Shown here piece after piece: positions 1 to 13,500 of a DNA stretch of 64,000 nucleotides. Source of the stretch: Rhizophagus irregularis. Its lineage: Eukaryota. The notes below the pieces were generated by a model that was not told where the DNA came from, ran no database searches, and worked only from the letters and a program-made list of their open reading frames with translations. The stretch spans positions 310,001 through 374,000 of the forward strand of contig NC_089429.1 in the NCBI RefSeq assembly GCF_026210795.1, given 5' to 3'. Each line of letters starts with the position of its first letter. Position 1 is the stretch's first letter. The translations under genes were made by a program, and so were the position numbers.

Positions 1-69
1 AAAGCTGCAGCATCCGACCAGGATGCTGAAATGGACGATGAAAACGTTTCCGACAATGAAAGCGGGTGA
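1..69 (+). CDS. C-terminal tail of an unidentified gene entering from the left (KAAASDQDAEMDDENVSDNESG*)
   Basis: Frame 1 is open to TGA at 67-69, with GC-richer coding-like composition followed by an AT-rich UTR-like stretch. Confidence 0.55.
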   Translation, partial: KAAASDQDAEMDDENVSDNESG

Positions 70-1934
70 ATACCGGGTACGATAACACATGAACTTGTAA
101 AAATTTGATTTCATTATAATATCACTAATATCACTATATCACTATATAGCCGTAATTTGTGATGCTTATAGAGACAGAATCTATATTATGACTTGTTGGT
201 AAATATTGAAATATATAAATTTATACCTATGTACGATATTCTATAAATAATTGAGCTATAGACGCGTCACAATATTGTAAAAATCGAAAGTATAGTTAAA
301 CTGATTTCTTTTAAATTTCATTGATTTGGATAAATATTTCATTTTTCTTTATGGACAAATATTTTATAAAAAAAAGCCTTGGTTGCAAAGCCACTAATCA
401 ACTGCTAAGCCATTGTTGTCGCAGAAAATTTGTTGTTTACAAATCGGAAAGGGAAGGTAAATCATGACTTTTTAATTTTTACCGGAATTAAAATGGCTAA
501 TCTAATAAACCTAAAAAAAGTGTTCTTTGTTTAAAAAAATGTTTTTGATGTTTACATTAAAAAAAAAAAAATTAGCAAATAAAAATTTCCATCTTTATAA
601 TAATAATTTCCGATTTCCGAGTTCAATTCATATTGCTAATAAAATAAAATAATATTTATTGAGTAGCTTTACAATCAAATAATTTATTAGATAATAATTA
701 TCTTGTAATAAAATAATTTGATAATATTACTTATTTTTACTTAATAATTTGAAAATAAATGTTTTGAATATGTGGGGTTATATTATTATTTATTATTATT
801 AAATTCTTAAAAAAAAATGAAATTTTACTTAATTTTTAATGATTTTGCAAGTTTTACCCTAAAATGAAAAATATTTTATATTTTAATATTACTTTTTTTT
901 GAATAATCTATTGATTTATATTCAAAAGTATATATTGTATAAATTTTAAGACCTTTAATTAATATTTTTATCTGAAGTGATTTGCTAATTATTTGCAAAA
1001 TATTAAGCTTTATAATAATTATTTTTTAAATATTTAAATATAAATTTGATTTGGTCAAAAATTGATGTATTTACCTGCTTTAATTACTATATAAATTACA
1101 ATTGATTTTTTAAAAAATAAAACTAATTAATTATAAAAAAATTTTGGAAATAAAAATAAAAAAAATGATAATTTTATAGGATAATTCAAATTATTTTAGA
1201 ATTTTAGTATAAATATAAATATTTATGTTAAAAAGTATAATTTTATATCAAAAAAATTAATTAACTTTAATATTGTATTAATTAAATAAACTAAAATAAG
1301 TACTTTTTAACTAATATTATAATATAAAAAGATTATCTATTATCTTATTAAATAAAATATCTAAACTTGAAAATTTTTAAAAAAGTTATTTTATATTATT
1401 TATAGAATAATAATCTGACAAAAACTTTATTTTTTAGAAGTTTATTATAATTTTATATTAATATTATTAATTTATATAAATTTAAACTGTAAATTTATTA
1501 TATATTCTAATATTTTATAAATTTTATACAAATTTTTATATAAAACTGCAATATAATTATTAAATTTATAAATAAATAATTATATTATTACTTAGTAATA
1601 AAAAAATTTACATATATTATATAATTATTAAAGTAGTAATTTGAAAAAAAACTTTCTTGTATTTATAAAGAAAAAAAATATTACCAAAAAGAAAATAATA
1701 ATAAAAATTTATAATATATATGATTAAAGGTAGGTTTCAATAAAAATGTCAATCTGGTTATCTAGTTAAATTACATGATTTATATTAGTAAAATTTATTT
1801 ATATTTTTTGTGAAATGGTATTGCTAAAAAGAAAATGATTTGCATACTATATGTAATCAAATAAATAATAGATTAAATGGATAATTAGATCTTATTTCTA
1901 TATATATAATAATTACATATATATATATATATAA

Positions 1935-2111
1935 AGATCAATCAAAAGAATCAAGCATATAATTGAAAAATTTTTGAATCCTATTAGAAGAAAACGTATT
2001 ACAGTGGGACATATTGCATATCTTATTAATCATGTTCTTATCCCAAGAGTGGTATATGTGGCCTAATTAATGACATTATCAGAAAATGAATGGAATCTTT
2101 TGTTTACTCCA
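1935..2111 (+). pseudogene. Decayed fragment, probably of a non-LTR retrotransposon ORF
   Basis: Translates as IKRIKHIIEKFLNPIRRKRITVGHIAYLINHVLIPRVVYVA*LMTLSENEWNLLFTP with an internal stop. It resembles the region just downstream of the RT domain in fungal LINEs (from memory) and is interrupted by the palindromic MITE. Confidence 0.5.
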
Positions 2112-2633
2112 CATCAGGAAATTTGTTTAGGCATAATTTAGTGTAATATTTCGAAGGTGGTGTAAAATTTCGAAATATTACACTAAAAACGTAATATTAC
2201 AAAAGTTTACGCTCTTAAATTTGAATAATTATAGTAATTTAAGAATATCTCGCTATCTACTGATCCAATCAAGACGATCTATAGCTCATTGGAATCAGCT
2301 CATCAAGACGAATCGAATGGTAGTAAAATCTTATCTTTACGTTCGATAGATGATTTTCTATTAATTTAAAACTTTACTGCATACTATAGAGCGTTCTATC
2401 AACTGTAGAAATGCGATTTTACTACCATTCGATCCGTCTTGATGAGCTGATTCCAATGAGCTATAGATCGTCTTGATTGGATCAGTAGATAGCGAGATAT
2501 TCTTAAATTACTATAATTATTCAAATTTAAGAGCGTAAACTTTTGTAATATTACGTTTTTAGTGTAATATTTCGAAATTTTACACCACCTTCGAAATATT
2601 ACACTAAATTATGCCTAAACAAATTTCCTGATG
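2112..2633. mobile_element. Foldback MITE with ~220-bp near-perfect TIRs (CATCAGGAAATTTG...CAAATTTCCTGATG)
   Basis: 2112-~2330 is the reverse complement of ~2415-2633. Flanks CA/TA fit a 2-bp TSD with one change. Shares CATCAG termini with the 14228-19223 element. Confidence 0.9.
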
Positions 2634-3314
2634 TAGTTAGTATATTATATGAAATTATAAACAATATATTATTATTAGTCAAATTTTTTTACTAATTACT
2701 TAGATATTTATCAGTTGATAGTAAAATAAAACCATTTTACAGTTCTAATAATTCATCTACTATCAGTATAAAATAATAATTGATTTAATACAATTTTACA
2801 TAATATAACTTTAACAACAGATCTAATATTAGTATATTTTTTTTTAAACCTTATTTTATTACAGAGTAAATTGTAAATAATTCCACATATTTCAAATAAG
2901 ATAGATATACTTTATATCATCTTACTGATCATTTATTGATCATATAATAACAATTTATTATCAAAAATGATGAATTTCTTTATAGGATAGTAATATAGAG
3001 TATTTTTTTTAAGTGATCTTCATATAGTAAAATATTTAAAAAAAATTTTGTAATACTAATTTTAGTATAATATAAGCTTTTGTAATATTTAATATATAAA
3101 AAAAGACTTATATAATTAAAAAGCTATAATTTTAACTTTATATTTTTTGACTTAAAATATTCTTTTTATTTAAAATTTTTAGTTTGAAACTTTTATATAA
3201 AGTTTTAAAACTTTTGCAAATGTTTATTTATTTCTGGTAAATGTAAAATAAAGAATATTGTTGGTTTTCATTTTATTGGTTTAATTTTGAGTCAATAATA
3301 GCCAAAACAGAACT

Positions 3315-3537
3315 AGGACCCTAAGCTATATATATAGAGGTAAGGTGCAGCTAAAAAAAAATTACTATTAGCTCTATGCATTTTTTCAGGGCCGGAATTA
3401 TGATAATGCCAGTCAGCGTCTAAAAAAGGAAATAAAATTCAGGCGGAATTATCTATAAAAGAAAAGATTTACATGATTATTTTAGTCAATTCTACACAAA
3501 CCCTTACCCTACATTTTTATGTATAGCTCAGGGTTCT
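3315..3537. mobile_element. Degenerate AGGACCC-type MITE
   Basis: TIR AGGACCCTAAGCTATA / TATAGCTCAGGGTTCT; TSD not clean. Confidence 0.6.
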
Positions 3538-3767
3538 AGAACCTTACTTACTTATAATAAAAGTTATCATAAAAAATTATCCCTTTTTTTAGAAAGTTTT
3601 GAATAAGCATATAATGTGTTGAATAACACTATGTGTTGCTTAACACTTTTTGGTGTTAAGCAATTATATATACTACTTAAATTATTTTAGAATGCCATAA
3701 TTATAATTTGAAATGCTGTAATTTATTTAGTTTATATGTAATTTACTATAGGCAATTTCTATTTGTA

Positions 3768-4136
3768 GGCGGGGTGTTTTGAGCACAGGTCGTATGATTA
3801 TTGCCATTTTGACTAATAGTATAAACTTCAAAATTAGTAGATAAATGGATTTTTGCCTGCTCTATAAGTTTATCTAAGGAATCAAAGGTGCTTTTGAATG
3901 TCAGTTTTGACTTTACCTATAAATAATTGATTTTGCCGATCGCTCTTGAAAAAATTTAGGAAATGATCGGCAAAGACAGTTTTTTATATATTAGTCAAAA
4001 ACGGCATTCAAAACCCCTTTCGATGCCTTAAGTAAACTTGCAGAGCAGTTAAAAATACATATATTGCATAAAAAAGTAAAAGGGTGTGACATTGGTGTCA
4101 TTATATTTCACATGACCCGTGTTCAAACACCCCGCG
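3768..4136. mobile_element. MITE with TA target site (Tc1/mariner-like)
   Basis: TIR GCGGGGTGTTTTGAGCACAGGTC / GACCCGTGTTCAAACACCCCGC, flanked by TA on both sides. Confidence 0.75.
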
Positions 4137-4343
4137 TAAACTTTTGAAATTTTCTTTACTATATATACCACCCAAATTATTTTGGGCTGCCATAATTATA
4201 AGTAAAATCCTAAATTCAATTATGACATTTCAAATTATTTTGGCACTTTACATAGTAAATTATATATAAACTGAATGAATTATGGCATTCCAAATTATAA
4301 TTATGGCATCCCAAAATAATTTGGATAGCATGTATATAATTTA

Positions 4344-4627
4344 GGCCGCACCAATTCAATGTTTCGTTTAACATAACCCCCCCCCCCTGTTTTTGGATTT
4401 TTTATGTAAAAAAAATACATGTAATTTAGGCCAGAATTAGACAAATCTTTAAGTTTTAGCCGGAATTATCATCCAAAATTTTTGCTCACTCTTTTGGTCA
4501 AAATTTTGGCTAAAATTAATGGTAATTCTGGCCATGTATTTTATTTTATGTATTATTTTTTGTTTCCCCCCCCCCCTAGATTGGGACCCCTATGTTATGT
4601 TAAACAAAGAATTGGCTTGGAGCGGCC
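4344..4627. mobile_element. PIF/Harbinger-like MITE
   Basis: GGCCGC...GCGGCC termini flanked by TTA on both sides. Confidence 0.7.
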
Positions 4628-4928
4628 TTACTATGTAAAATACTAAAATAATTTGGGATACCGTAATTGAATTTGGAATTTTACTTATAATTATGGCAAT
4701 CCAAAATAATTTGGGCAACATGTATATGAATAATAAACCTTTTGACTTTTGTTAATTGATGCCATTTGAAAATATGTAAAACAATACAAATTTAAGCATA
4801 AAGCAACACATACAGTATAGTAAAATGATACTATTTAATAACATATAATACAATATATTTTAAGTATAAAAAAATGCATAAATTAATATAATTTTTAATT
4901 ATTGTATTATTATTTTATATTATTACTA

Positions 4929-5640
4929 TTTTTTTTTTTTTTTAAAAAAACTTTATTATAGATGCGATCGTGTCTTATTATAATCACGCTTACTTACATA
5001 TATAAACTTACAAATATAAGATAAACAAATACATATAAGAATTAAGCATTATGAAACAGAAAGCACTTTTCATAAAGAACAAGTCGATCTGTCACCTAAA
5101 CGATCACATCATTGTTAAAAACTATGATGCAACCTCAAATTCAAAGGTGACTGTCATGATTTACCTAAAAATTTGCCCAATGACCACCTCGATGAAATGC
5201 CAAATCATTCCATTTATTCCAATTACTTTCTAACATATTACAGTCAACATCTTTGGCACCCACATCAGTGCATTTTTTACTATGTGACTTAGCTTTTTTA
5301 TCTTTACCGCTAATATGGCATCGCTAAGGTTGCTTGTCTAAACCTCTTCAAAATCCTACGATTAGTTTCGTCAAAATTTTACTATAGATTTATTATAGTT
5401 TCGGCAGAGTTTCGGCAGTTTCGGCATTTATAATAAGTTTCGGCAGTTTCGCCTTTCTCCAAAGTTTCGCCAGTTTTTTAATATAACTTCAATATAGTTT
5501 CAGCAGAATTTCGCTTTTCGGCGAAACGCCATCTTGCCTAAACCCCTAGGTTTCGGCAAGCAACCTTAGGCATCGCTTTTCTTCCTTTATCTACACATTA
5601 TTAATAACATGCATGTATAATTCTTTCTTTATTAATAAAA
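4929..5640 (-). mobile_element. Probable 3' end of a LINE (ORF end, UTR, poly(A))
   Basis: The minus strand reads ...ESNWNKWNDLAFHRGGHWANF*, then AATAAA and a poly(A) run (T run at 4929-4943). Interrupted by the MITE at 5325-5568. Confidence 0.45.
5325..5568. mobile_element. hAT-type MITE
   Basis: TIR TAAGGTTGCTTG / CAAGCAACCTTA, perfect 8-bp TSD GGCATCGC and many GTTTCGGC subterminal repeats. Confidence 0.92.
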
Positions 5641-5909
5641 GCTGTATGTACATACTATCGAATACAGAATGATGAATAAACGAAAAGAAAAATTTCTAAA
5701 TAATTCGTTAAAACTACTAAAAGAAGTTTATATATTTTTCTTTCAAACATAGTTTGCCATATATAAATATAATCAAATATAGAATGGTGTAAACACTATA
5801 ACAAAATTCAATAGATAAATTATCTATATATTTTTCTTTCTAACTAAATAGTTCTATGTAAATATTATCAAATAGGGAATGTTATTTTATATTATTACTA
5901 TAACTAATA

Positions 5910-8177
5910 TAGGGTGTTCAGGATAAAGCGATCACACTTTTTTCGCATTTTTTGCCATTTTTTTCACATTTTTGGTGTGACCACATTTTTTGGCAAAATT
6001 TCACATTTTTCACACTTTCTGCAGTAAATTAGATTTGATTGGCTGTAGATCTTATAAATCGATCTATTTTTTTTTCGTACAATATAATCAACTTTTTACA
6101 AAGATGGTTAGCGCTCATGTACATTTATCTCAAAGTTCCATATATCGAGAAAATTATATTCTTCAAGGCAGTATATTGTGGTGTCGATTTTGTAATATAA
6201 AAGTTGACCATAAAATAAAATCCATTATCGATAAACATCTTCAAACTTTAAAACATGAAAATAATAAAAAAAATGCAAATAATTCTAATCATTTAATTCA
6301 AAGAACCATACCTTCATTAACTGGAAATACTTTGAATGAAAAAGAAAAAATTAATATTGAAGTTGTTGAAGCATTCACTTTTACAGATATTCCATTAGAA
6401 AAGATTGAAAAACTCAAACCATTTTTGATGAAATATTGTAAAAATGGTATGTAATTTTTTAATTTATGTAATATTTTAATTTAATAATTAATTAATGAAT
6501 TAATTATATTTTTAGGAGGGTTAATTACTAGAGCAAATCAGCTTCGTGAGAAATATCTTCCATTATCATATGAAATAGAACTTCAGAACTTAAAGAATAG
6601 TATTATTGATAAGATTATTTGTATAACAATTGACGAAACAACAGATCATTGTGGTCGTCATGCTGTTAATCTTTTATTTAGTTTTGATAATCAAACTAAA
6701 TTGGCCGGGACTGAATTTTTATCTATTGTAAATGCTTCATCTATTTCCCAATTTGTCATGGATACACTTCATTTTTACAAAATTCCTTACAAAAATATTA
6801 TTTTTTTTATATCTGATAATGCTTCTTATATGAAATTGGCATATTCACATTTATCTCCTTTTTTACCAAGAATGAAACATAATTGCTTAGCACATATTCT
6901 TAATTTGATTGGGTTAAACATGGGTTGATTTTAAAAAATTTGAATTAGTTAATAGATTGGTTGCGAATTTTAAAACAATATTTGTTTATAATTCACAAAG
7001 AAAAATTGTTAAGGAACATTATCAGCGAAATAATATCAATCTCCTACTTTAGCACCATTACCAGTAAAGACACGATGGAATTCATGATTCTCATTTTTAC
7101 ATTGGATTAAACCTTTATATCCTTATGTTATTACATTTATTAATGCAAAATATTCTATTAATCATGATTCAAAAGCTATTCAATACCTTAATACTTTTTG
7201 TCAACACCAAAATCATATTTTATATATTAGAATTTTTATTTGTTTTATTACATATAATTGTGGCAGGTAAGAGAAAATTATCAAAGTAATTATACAATTG
7301 ATAATGTTACTAATCATTTATTGAATTTAATTAGATTGGTTAATGATTTGGAATTCTTTAAAATACGAAATAAAGCAATAGCTTTATTTGTTTATTCAAG
7401 AATAGTTGGCCTTCAAGCTTTTCTTTCATCAGGAAGAAGCACTCCTCCAATTTCAAATGAATTAAATCAAATATTAGCTGAAGCAAATTGTAATGAGGAA
7501 TCATTTGCCATGATATTTTCTCAGGCTTTTTCTTTGGCATATGAAAAATGCGAAAAACACTTATCTCATCATCTAGCTTTATCATTATTTAGAGCAAAAC
7601 AATGCTTTGATCCAAGATTTATTCAATCTAATATAGCACATCATAATATGACAGATTATGGAATTATTGAAGTACTTCATTCTCCTACTGATAATTTAAT
7701 TCAAGAATGGGCTATTTATTGTGGGCTTAATGAATCAGTTGAGGAATTAATAGATTTAGATGTATATTGGCGAGGTAAAACACATTTATTACTAGAACTT
7801 AGTGCTTTAGCTTTAGTATATATTTGGTTACCAGTATCTGGGGTAGATGTTAAACGTAGTTTTTCTAGCTATAAAAGCATTTTATCAGATAAAAGGATTG
7901 CACTTAAAGAAGAAAGTATTCAGATGCTCAATTTTCTTTATTTTAATTTAGGTGGTAATGTTAATTATGATTTATTAGATAGCGAATAATTAAATTTACT
8001 GTATATGTTAATAAATAAAATAAATAAAATAATAAAATTTGCGCTATTATAATATTATTAACTCCGGCCAAAATTACACTAAATCTGGCCAGAATTAAAA
8101 TCACACCAAATCACACTTTTTGTCTAAATCACACCATACTTTTTGGGTCATCGTACCATGAAATCCTGGATATCCTA
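5910..8177 (+). mobile_element. hAT DNA transposon (decayed)
   Basis: TIR TAGGGTGTTCAGG / CCTGGATATCCTA, perfect 8-bp TSD AACTAATA and an internal transposase remnant. Confidence 0.92.
6104..7989 (+). pseudogene. hAT transposase pseudogene (CGGBP1/ZNF862-like N-terminal Zn finger, DDE core, dimerisation domain)
   Basis: Motifs LWCRFC...KHLQTLKH, IDETTD, SDNASYM, CLAHILNL, TRWNS* and VDVKRSFS. Intron at 6447-6515. Contains frameshifts and a premature stop. Confidence 0.85.
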
Positions 8178-9174
8178 AACTAATATAAATTTTATATAAA
8201 ATTAATAAAATAAAATAAAAAATTTATTTAATAAAATTTCATATAAAGAGTTATTCAAAAATTTATAAAATAAAAATGAATTATTAATAAATGTTTTATT
8301 ATATATGTTTTATTATATATATTGAATTCTCTTTAGTCGTATCATCTCAAAGAGAATTTCTATAAAAAATAATCAAAAAAAAACATTAATAAATATTTCC
8401 TGAAAAAAAATTAAAAAAAGGTAAGTTTTCTAATGAACAAAACTTACCAATTCAAGTTTTTGGCCAATTCAAAACTTCTGAAAAGAAAAAAAAAATGTCA
8501 GTAAATATTATTTCCTAATTTAAAAAATAAAAAAAATGGAAATTTCATGATAAAATATATAAAACTTACTATTTTTCCAATATTTTAAATTTCAGAAGTT
8601 GGCTGCTTACAAAAAAGAAAGGAAATATTAGTAAATATATTTTAAAAAAAAGTTAAAAAAAAATAAAGTTTCACAATAGATGTTGTAAAACTCATCATTA
8701 TATCTGAAGTTTGATATCTACAAAAAGAAAAAAAAAAGAAATGTTAGTATTGTTTTTTTAACAATAAAAAATTAAAGTTTCACAACAGATGATTTTAAAG
8801 TTTTATCTTTAAAATTCCATTTAGAAAATGTTTAGGAATCTGCAGATCTAAAAAAAAAAAAATGAAACATTAGTCACATTTAGTTAAAATAAATTAAAGA
8901 AAAATTATTTTAAAAATTTCATTTACCTTCAAAATTCTATCTATTAATTATTTAAGAAGCTGCAGACTTAAAAAAAATAAAAAATTAAAACATTAGATAT
9001 GTTTTATTAAAAACAAACAATTAAAAAAATTTTGAAGTTTACCTTCAAAAGTCTGTTTCATATAAGAATGGATCTGCAAATAATTTTCAAATTCTGCAAT
9101 ATTGCAGATTTTGGAGTTGAATTGCGGTTAGTAGCCCGCAATTCTTGCTGACCATAACTGTCAGTTTCATACAT

Positions 9175-9925
9175 TTATAAAAACGCTGGAACTATAGGTT
9201 CCGGCATTTCCTTTTAATTTTTTACGCTTTTTTTTTTTTAAAAACCACGCAAGAACTATGGGTTCTGGTATTTTCTTTGATTTTTTTTTACATAAAAATA
9301 CTAATACTATAGGTTCTGGCATTTTCTTTTGATTTTTTTTACATAAAAATGCCAGAATTATGGTTCCAGCGTTTTTTTGATTTTTTTTATATAAAAATGC
9401 CGGAACTATAGTTTCAGCGTTTTTTTTTGATTTTTTTTTACATAAAAACGCCAGAACTATGGTTCCAGCGTTTTCATTTGATTTTTTTTACATAAAAACG
9501 CCAGAACTATAGTTTTGGCATTTTTTTAATTTTTTTTTATGTAAAAACGCTGGAACTATAGGTTCTGGCATTTTTTTAATTATTTTTTATATAAAAATGC
9601 CAGGATAATAGGTTCTAGCATTTTTTTTTAATTTTTTTTTATATAACAATGCCAGAACTATAAATCTCGATGTTTTTATAAATTTTTTATATAAAAATGC
9701 TGGAACTATAAATTCCAACATTTTTTTTAGACTTTTTTTTATTAAAAATGCCAGAACTATTAGTTCTGGCATTTCAATTTTTATTTTTTTATATAAAAAT
9801 GCCAGAACTATTGATTTCGGCATTTTTTTTTAATTTTTATAAAAATGCTGGAACTATTATTTCTGGCATTTTTTTTATTTTTTTATTAAAATTGCCGGAA
9901 CTATTAGTTCTGGCATTTTTTTTTG
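9175..9925. repeat. Tandem array of about 15 hairpin units, ~50 bp each
   Basis: Unit is approximately ATAAAAAYGCCAGAACTATRGTTCTGGCRTTTTT followed by a T-rich spacer. Confidence 0.9.
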
Positions 9926-10283
9926 CGGTTATAATAAGAGAAAATACTGTTTCTGGTAGTTTTTCCAATTACCGATCTATCTTTTTCTAAAAAAATAAAA
10001 TCATTTTTTTTTCAAATTTTATTAATGAAAAATGATTTTTTTTTTATGATTAATAATAAGAGAAATATATTTTTTAGTAGTTAAATAAAAAAAATTATAC
10101 TTCATTAAAAAAAAATTAGTTTTTTTTGCAAACATTCTGCAAATCTGAAACTATTTCGCAATCCTGCAAATATTCCGCAATTGAATTTGAATTGTGATAC
10201 TTTGGATATTTGCGGATTTGCAGAATATTTGTAGGATTGCAGATCTGCAGATCTGCAGATTTTAGATTTAAAAATCCGCAATG

Positions 10284-10580
10284 AGGACCCCGGATATCTC
10301 CAAAACAGGTCATAAGTCACACTTTCGGCAGATTGGCCCATTTTTCAGGGGTTCAAAAAATCGTTTTTTGTAAATATCTCGGCATCCAGTGGTCCAATTT
10401 TGATGAACTTTTTTTTAAATTGTAGAGCTAAATGAGGGCTACAAAATAAAAAAATGTTCATTAAAATTGAATTACTGGATGCTGAGATATTTACAAAAAA
10501 CGATTTTTTGAGCTTTTAGCAAAAAGGGTGTTTTTGGCCAAAAGTCCATTATGACCTTTATATTAGATATCCAGGGTCCT
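10284..10580. mobile_element. 297-bp AGGACCC MITE (copy 1)
   Basis: TIR AGGACCCCGGATATCT / AGATATCCAGGGTCCT, 8-bp TSD CCGCAATG/CTGCAATG. A near-identical inverted copy lies at 60005-60301. Confidence 0.92.
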
Positions 10581-13500
10581 CTGCAATGTTTTGCAATACC
10601 GTAAATTGCAATTATTCTGCAATTACATATTTGTAGCACCATCCTTAGTTTCATATACACATTTTTTGTGAACTTCTAAATAGGTTTACAATTATCTAAA
10701 AGTATTATGCATGCATTATCTACAGAAATACTTTTAACAAATCTTGATTTAAATTGTTTATTGTTAAATGATATACATTCCAATTCTCAAGCCAATACTC
10801 TGATTCTACAAAAAGAATAAAGAAGATGTTAACAAACATCTCTTAATAAAAAATTGATTTTAAGTTTTAAAAAGAAAGTGAAACTCTTTAAAACTTACCA
10901 TATCTACTACCATATTTAAGATCTAAAGTCAAATATTATAAAAAAAAATTATAGGAAATATTAATAATGTTTTCTAAAAAAAACTAATTAGAAAAATTTT
11001 TTTTAAAAAATTTTTAAAATAAATGTCTTAAAATTTACCTTTTATTTTCCAAATCAAATATGTTAAGTCTTAAAAAAAAATTATAAGAAGCATTAATTTC
11101 CTAAAAAAAAAATAAAATAATATTTTTTTAAATATTTCAAAATATAGCATCACTTTAAAACTTACCATTTTTAATATTCTGGAATGAAAATAAGCTAAAA
11201 GATCTAAAAAAAAAAGGGAAATGTTAAAAACATTTTTTTATAAAAAAATAAAAATTTTTTTTAAAAGTTTGAAGTAAAATACTTCAAAATTTACCTTTTA
11301 CATTTTTTTGAAAGATCTATAAAAAATATAAAGAAAATGTTAAAATCGTTTTTTTATAAAAAAAAAATTTTTGTTTCAAAGTAAAATACTTTAAAATTTA
11401 TCTTTTGCATTTCCCATTTTCCAAAAAAAAGCCTATAGTTGGGGACACAACAAATCATCAAGTTGTTTCAAATTGAGATTTTAAAAAATCACGTGATATA
11501 CATAATACTAATTTGCGATTAGTTAAAAATCAAACTATATCGGGAAATGTTTTACTTTATTAATCATCAATATTTTCAAAAATAAAATCTGGAACAAATT
11601 TTTCACTGCTTTTTTCTTTTTTTAGCTATTTTTTGACAGTGTTGTGTTTGTCTCTTTAGTCGTATCATGGGAAAAAATTTTATGATCTGCATTACCTCTC
11701 AGCCAGTCATAGTTCTGGCCTAAATTATAGAATTTTGTCAAATTCTGGCCAGAATTAGATGTTTCAAATCCTACCGTTTATTAAGAAAATACCAAACTTT
11801 ATAGGCTAATAACTTTTGATCTAGATCACCAATCAGGATAATCTCAACTAAACATGGGGCCCGAAACCTCTATGAGGATTTCTGAAAGTTTCGGGTTTCA
11901 GAATATACGAATTGAAACTTCATCTGAAACCCTAAACTATTTCCAAAACCCGAAATGAAACCCGAAACCTGAAACTAGTTTCGGTTATCCCAAAACTAAT
12001 CCCGATACTCCGAAACTAATTCCGATTTCCGAAACTAATTCCGATTTCCGAAACTCTTTTTTATAAATTGATTGGATCAATTGGATCATCAATTCGTCAT
12101 TGTAGCTAAAAAAAGAGATTGATCATATTTGATAATCTTTTTTTTATAAGAATCAAGTCTTAAAAAAATGACGGATTGTACACCTTCAAATTCAAAAAAA
12201 AATAAGATTGCAATCTATGGCGGACGCCCAAAAAAGCCTATATGGAGATTTTTTGAACAAGGAGAGGAGATAGATAAAGGGCATTATATTGCAATATGTT
12301 TGGCTTGTAGGCAGACTTTCCGACCTGGAAAGACAACAGCTATGGAAAAACATATAATTAGTAATTGTTTAAAAGTAGACCATTCAATTTGTGAGGCCGT
12401 CATATATATGGTAGAAGCACGTGAACGTGAAATCTCTTCTGGTGCTAATATTAAACGCCAAAATAATGATCAAACTATTTTGGAAGATTTTTATGAAAGT
12501 TCAGATTTAAGTAAGGAACGAAAAGAAGATATTGATACAGCACTTATTAAGGCATTTGTATGTTGTGGTTTACCGTGGCATCTAGTTGAGCATCCATTTA
12601 TCATTGAATTATTTAAGCAACTTAGATCAAATTATAGTCTACCAGATAGGAAGACACTTGCTGATACTATGTTAACACAGGAAATCCTACGCGTTAATGT
12701 AAAGCTATATAGGTTGCTTGAAGAAGAGAGTAATTTAACACTAGGCAAGTATATTTATGCAAAAGTTATACAAAACTTAAAAATTTTAATATTAGAAATT
12801 TTTTTTTGAACTTTAATTAAGCCTTGGATGGCTGGACAAGCCCATCAGGGAAATCTCTCTGGAATTTTATTATTCATCTTGGCAATGGACGGGATATTCT
12901 TTGGAAAATTAGAGATTTTTCGGATGAAAGTCATACTGCTGAGTTTCTTGCTCAACAAATACAGTTAATTATTGAAGAAATTGGCATCCAAAAATTTGCG
13001 GGTATTGTAACAGATGCTGGATCAAATGTTCATTCTGCACGAAATTTAATTTCTGGAAAATTTCCACATATTCTTAACATTCGATGCATAGCGCATTCAT
13101 TGAATCTTATTACAAAAGATTTGATTAAACACACATTTGCAAAAAAAATTATTCAATGGTATTCAGTTATTGTGACATATTTTAAAAAGTCACATAGGCC
13201 TAAAGAACTATTAGAATTAAAAATTTTAGAAAAACAAATTGATGGGGGAGGATTAAAAACATATTTGGATACAAGATGGACAACTGTTTATGAAATGTTA
13301 AATTCAATTTCACGACTGGAATTGTGTCTCAAAGAAGTTGCACAACTTTTACTATTTGATTTTTTATTTTATAATAAACAAATTACATTGTTATTAATTT
13401 TAATTTTTTTTTTTATTAAATATTCTTATAGGTTATTAATGAAAACTCTACTATTATTACAAGTGAGGCAGTCAAAACTATTATTAATCGGAAACGTGGG

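Larger units (their letters stand above)
9063..10647. mobile_element. Non-autonomous hAT-type element
   Basis: TIR TAAGAATGG / CCATCCTTA, perfect 8-bp TSD GTTTCATA and TTGCAG/CTGCAA subterminal repeats. Confidence 0.88.

Noticed and set aside
600..1900. Extremely AT-rich tracts (also ~31.6-33.6 kb, 39.5-40.7 kb and 59-61 kb) as centromere or origin
   Set aside because: No diagnostic structure; consistent with heavily decayed TE remnants.
9175..9925. CRISPR array
   Set aside because: Eukaryotic context, degenerate repeats, spacers are T tracts rather than unique sequence, and no cas genes.
9587..10660. Several short ORFs
   Set aside because: They arise from the minisatellite and MITE sequence.
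8328..11668. 18-bp direct repeats as termini of a Crypton-like element holding the old array
   Set aside because: The second copy lies inside the 11436-19985 MITE and the array continues beyond 19986.
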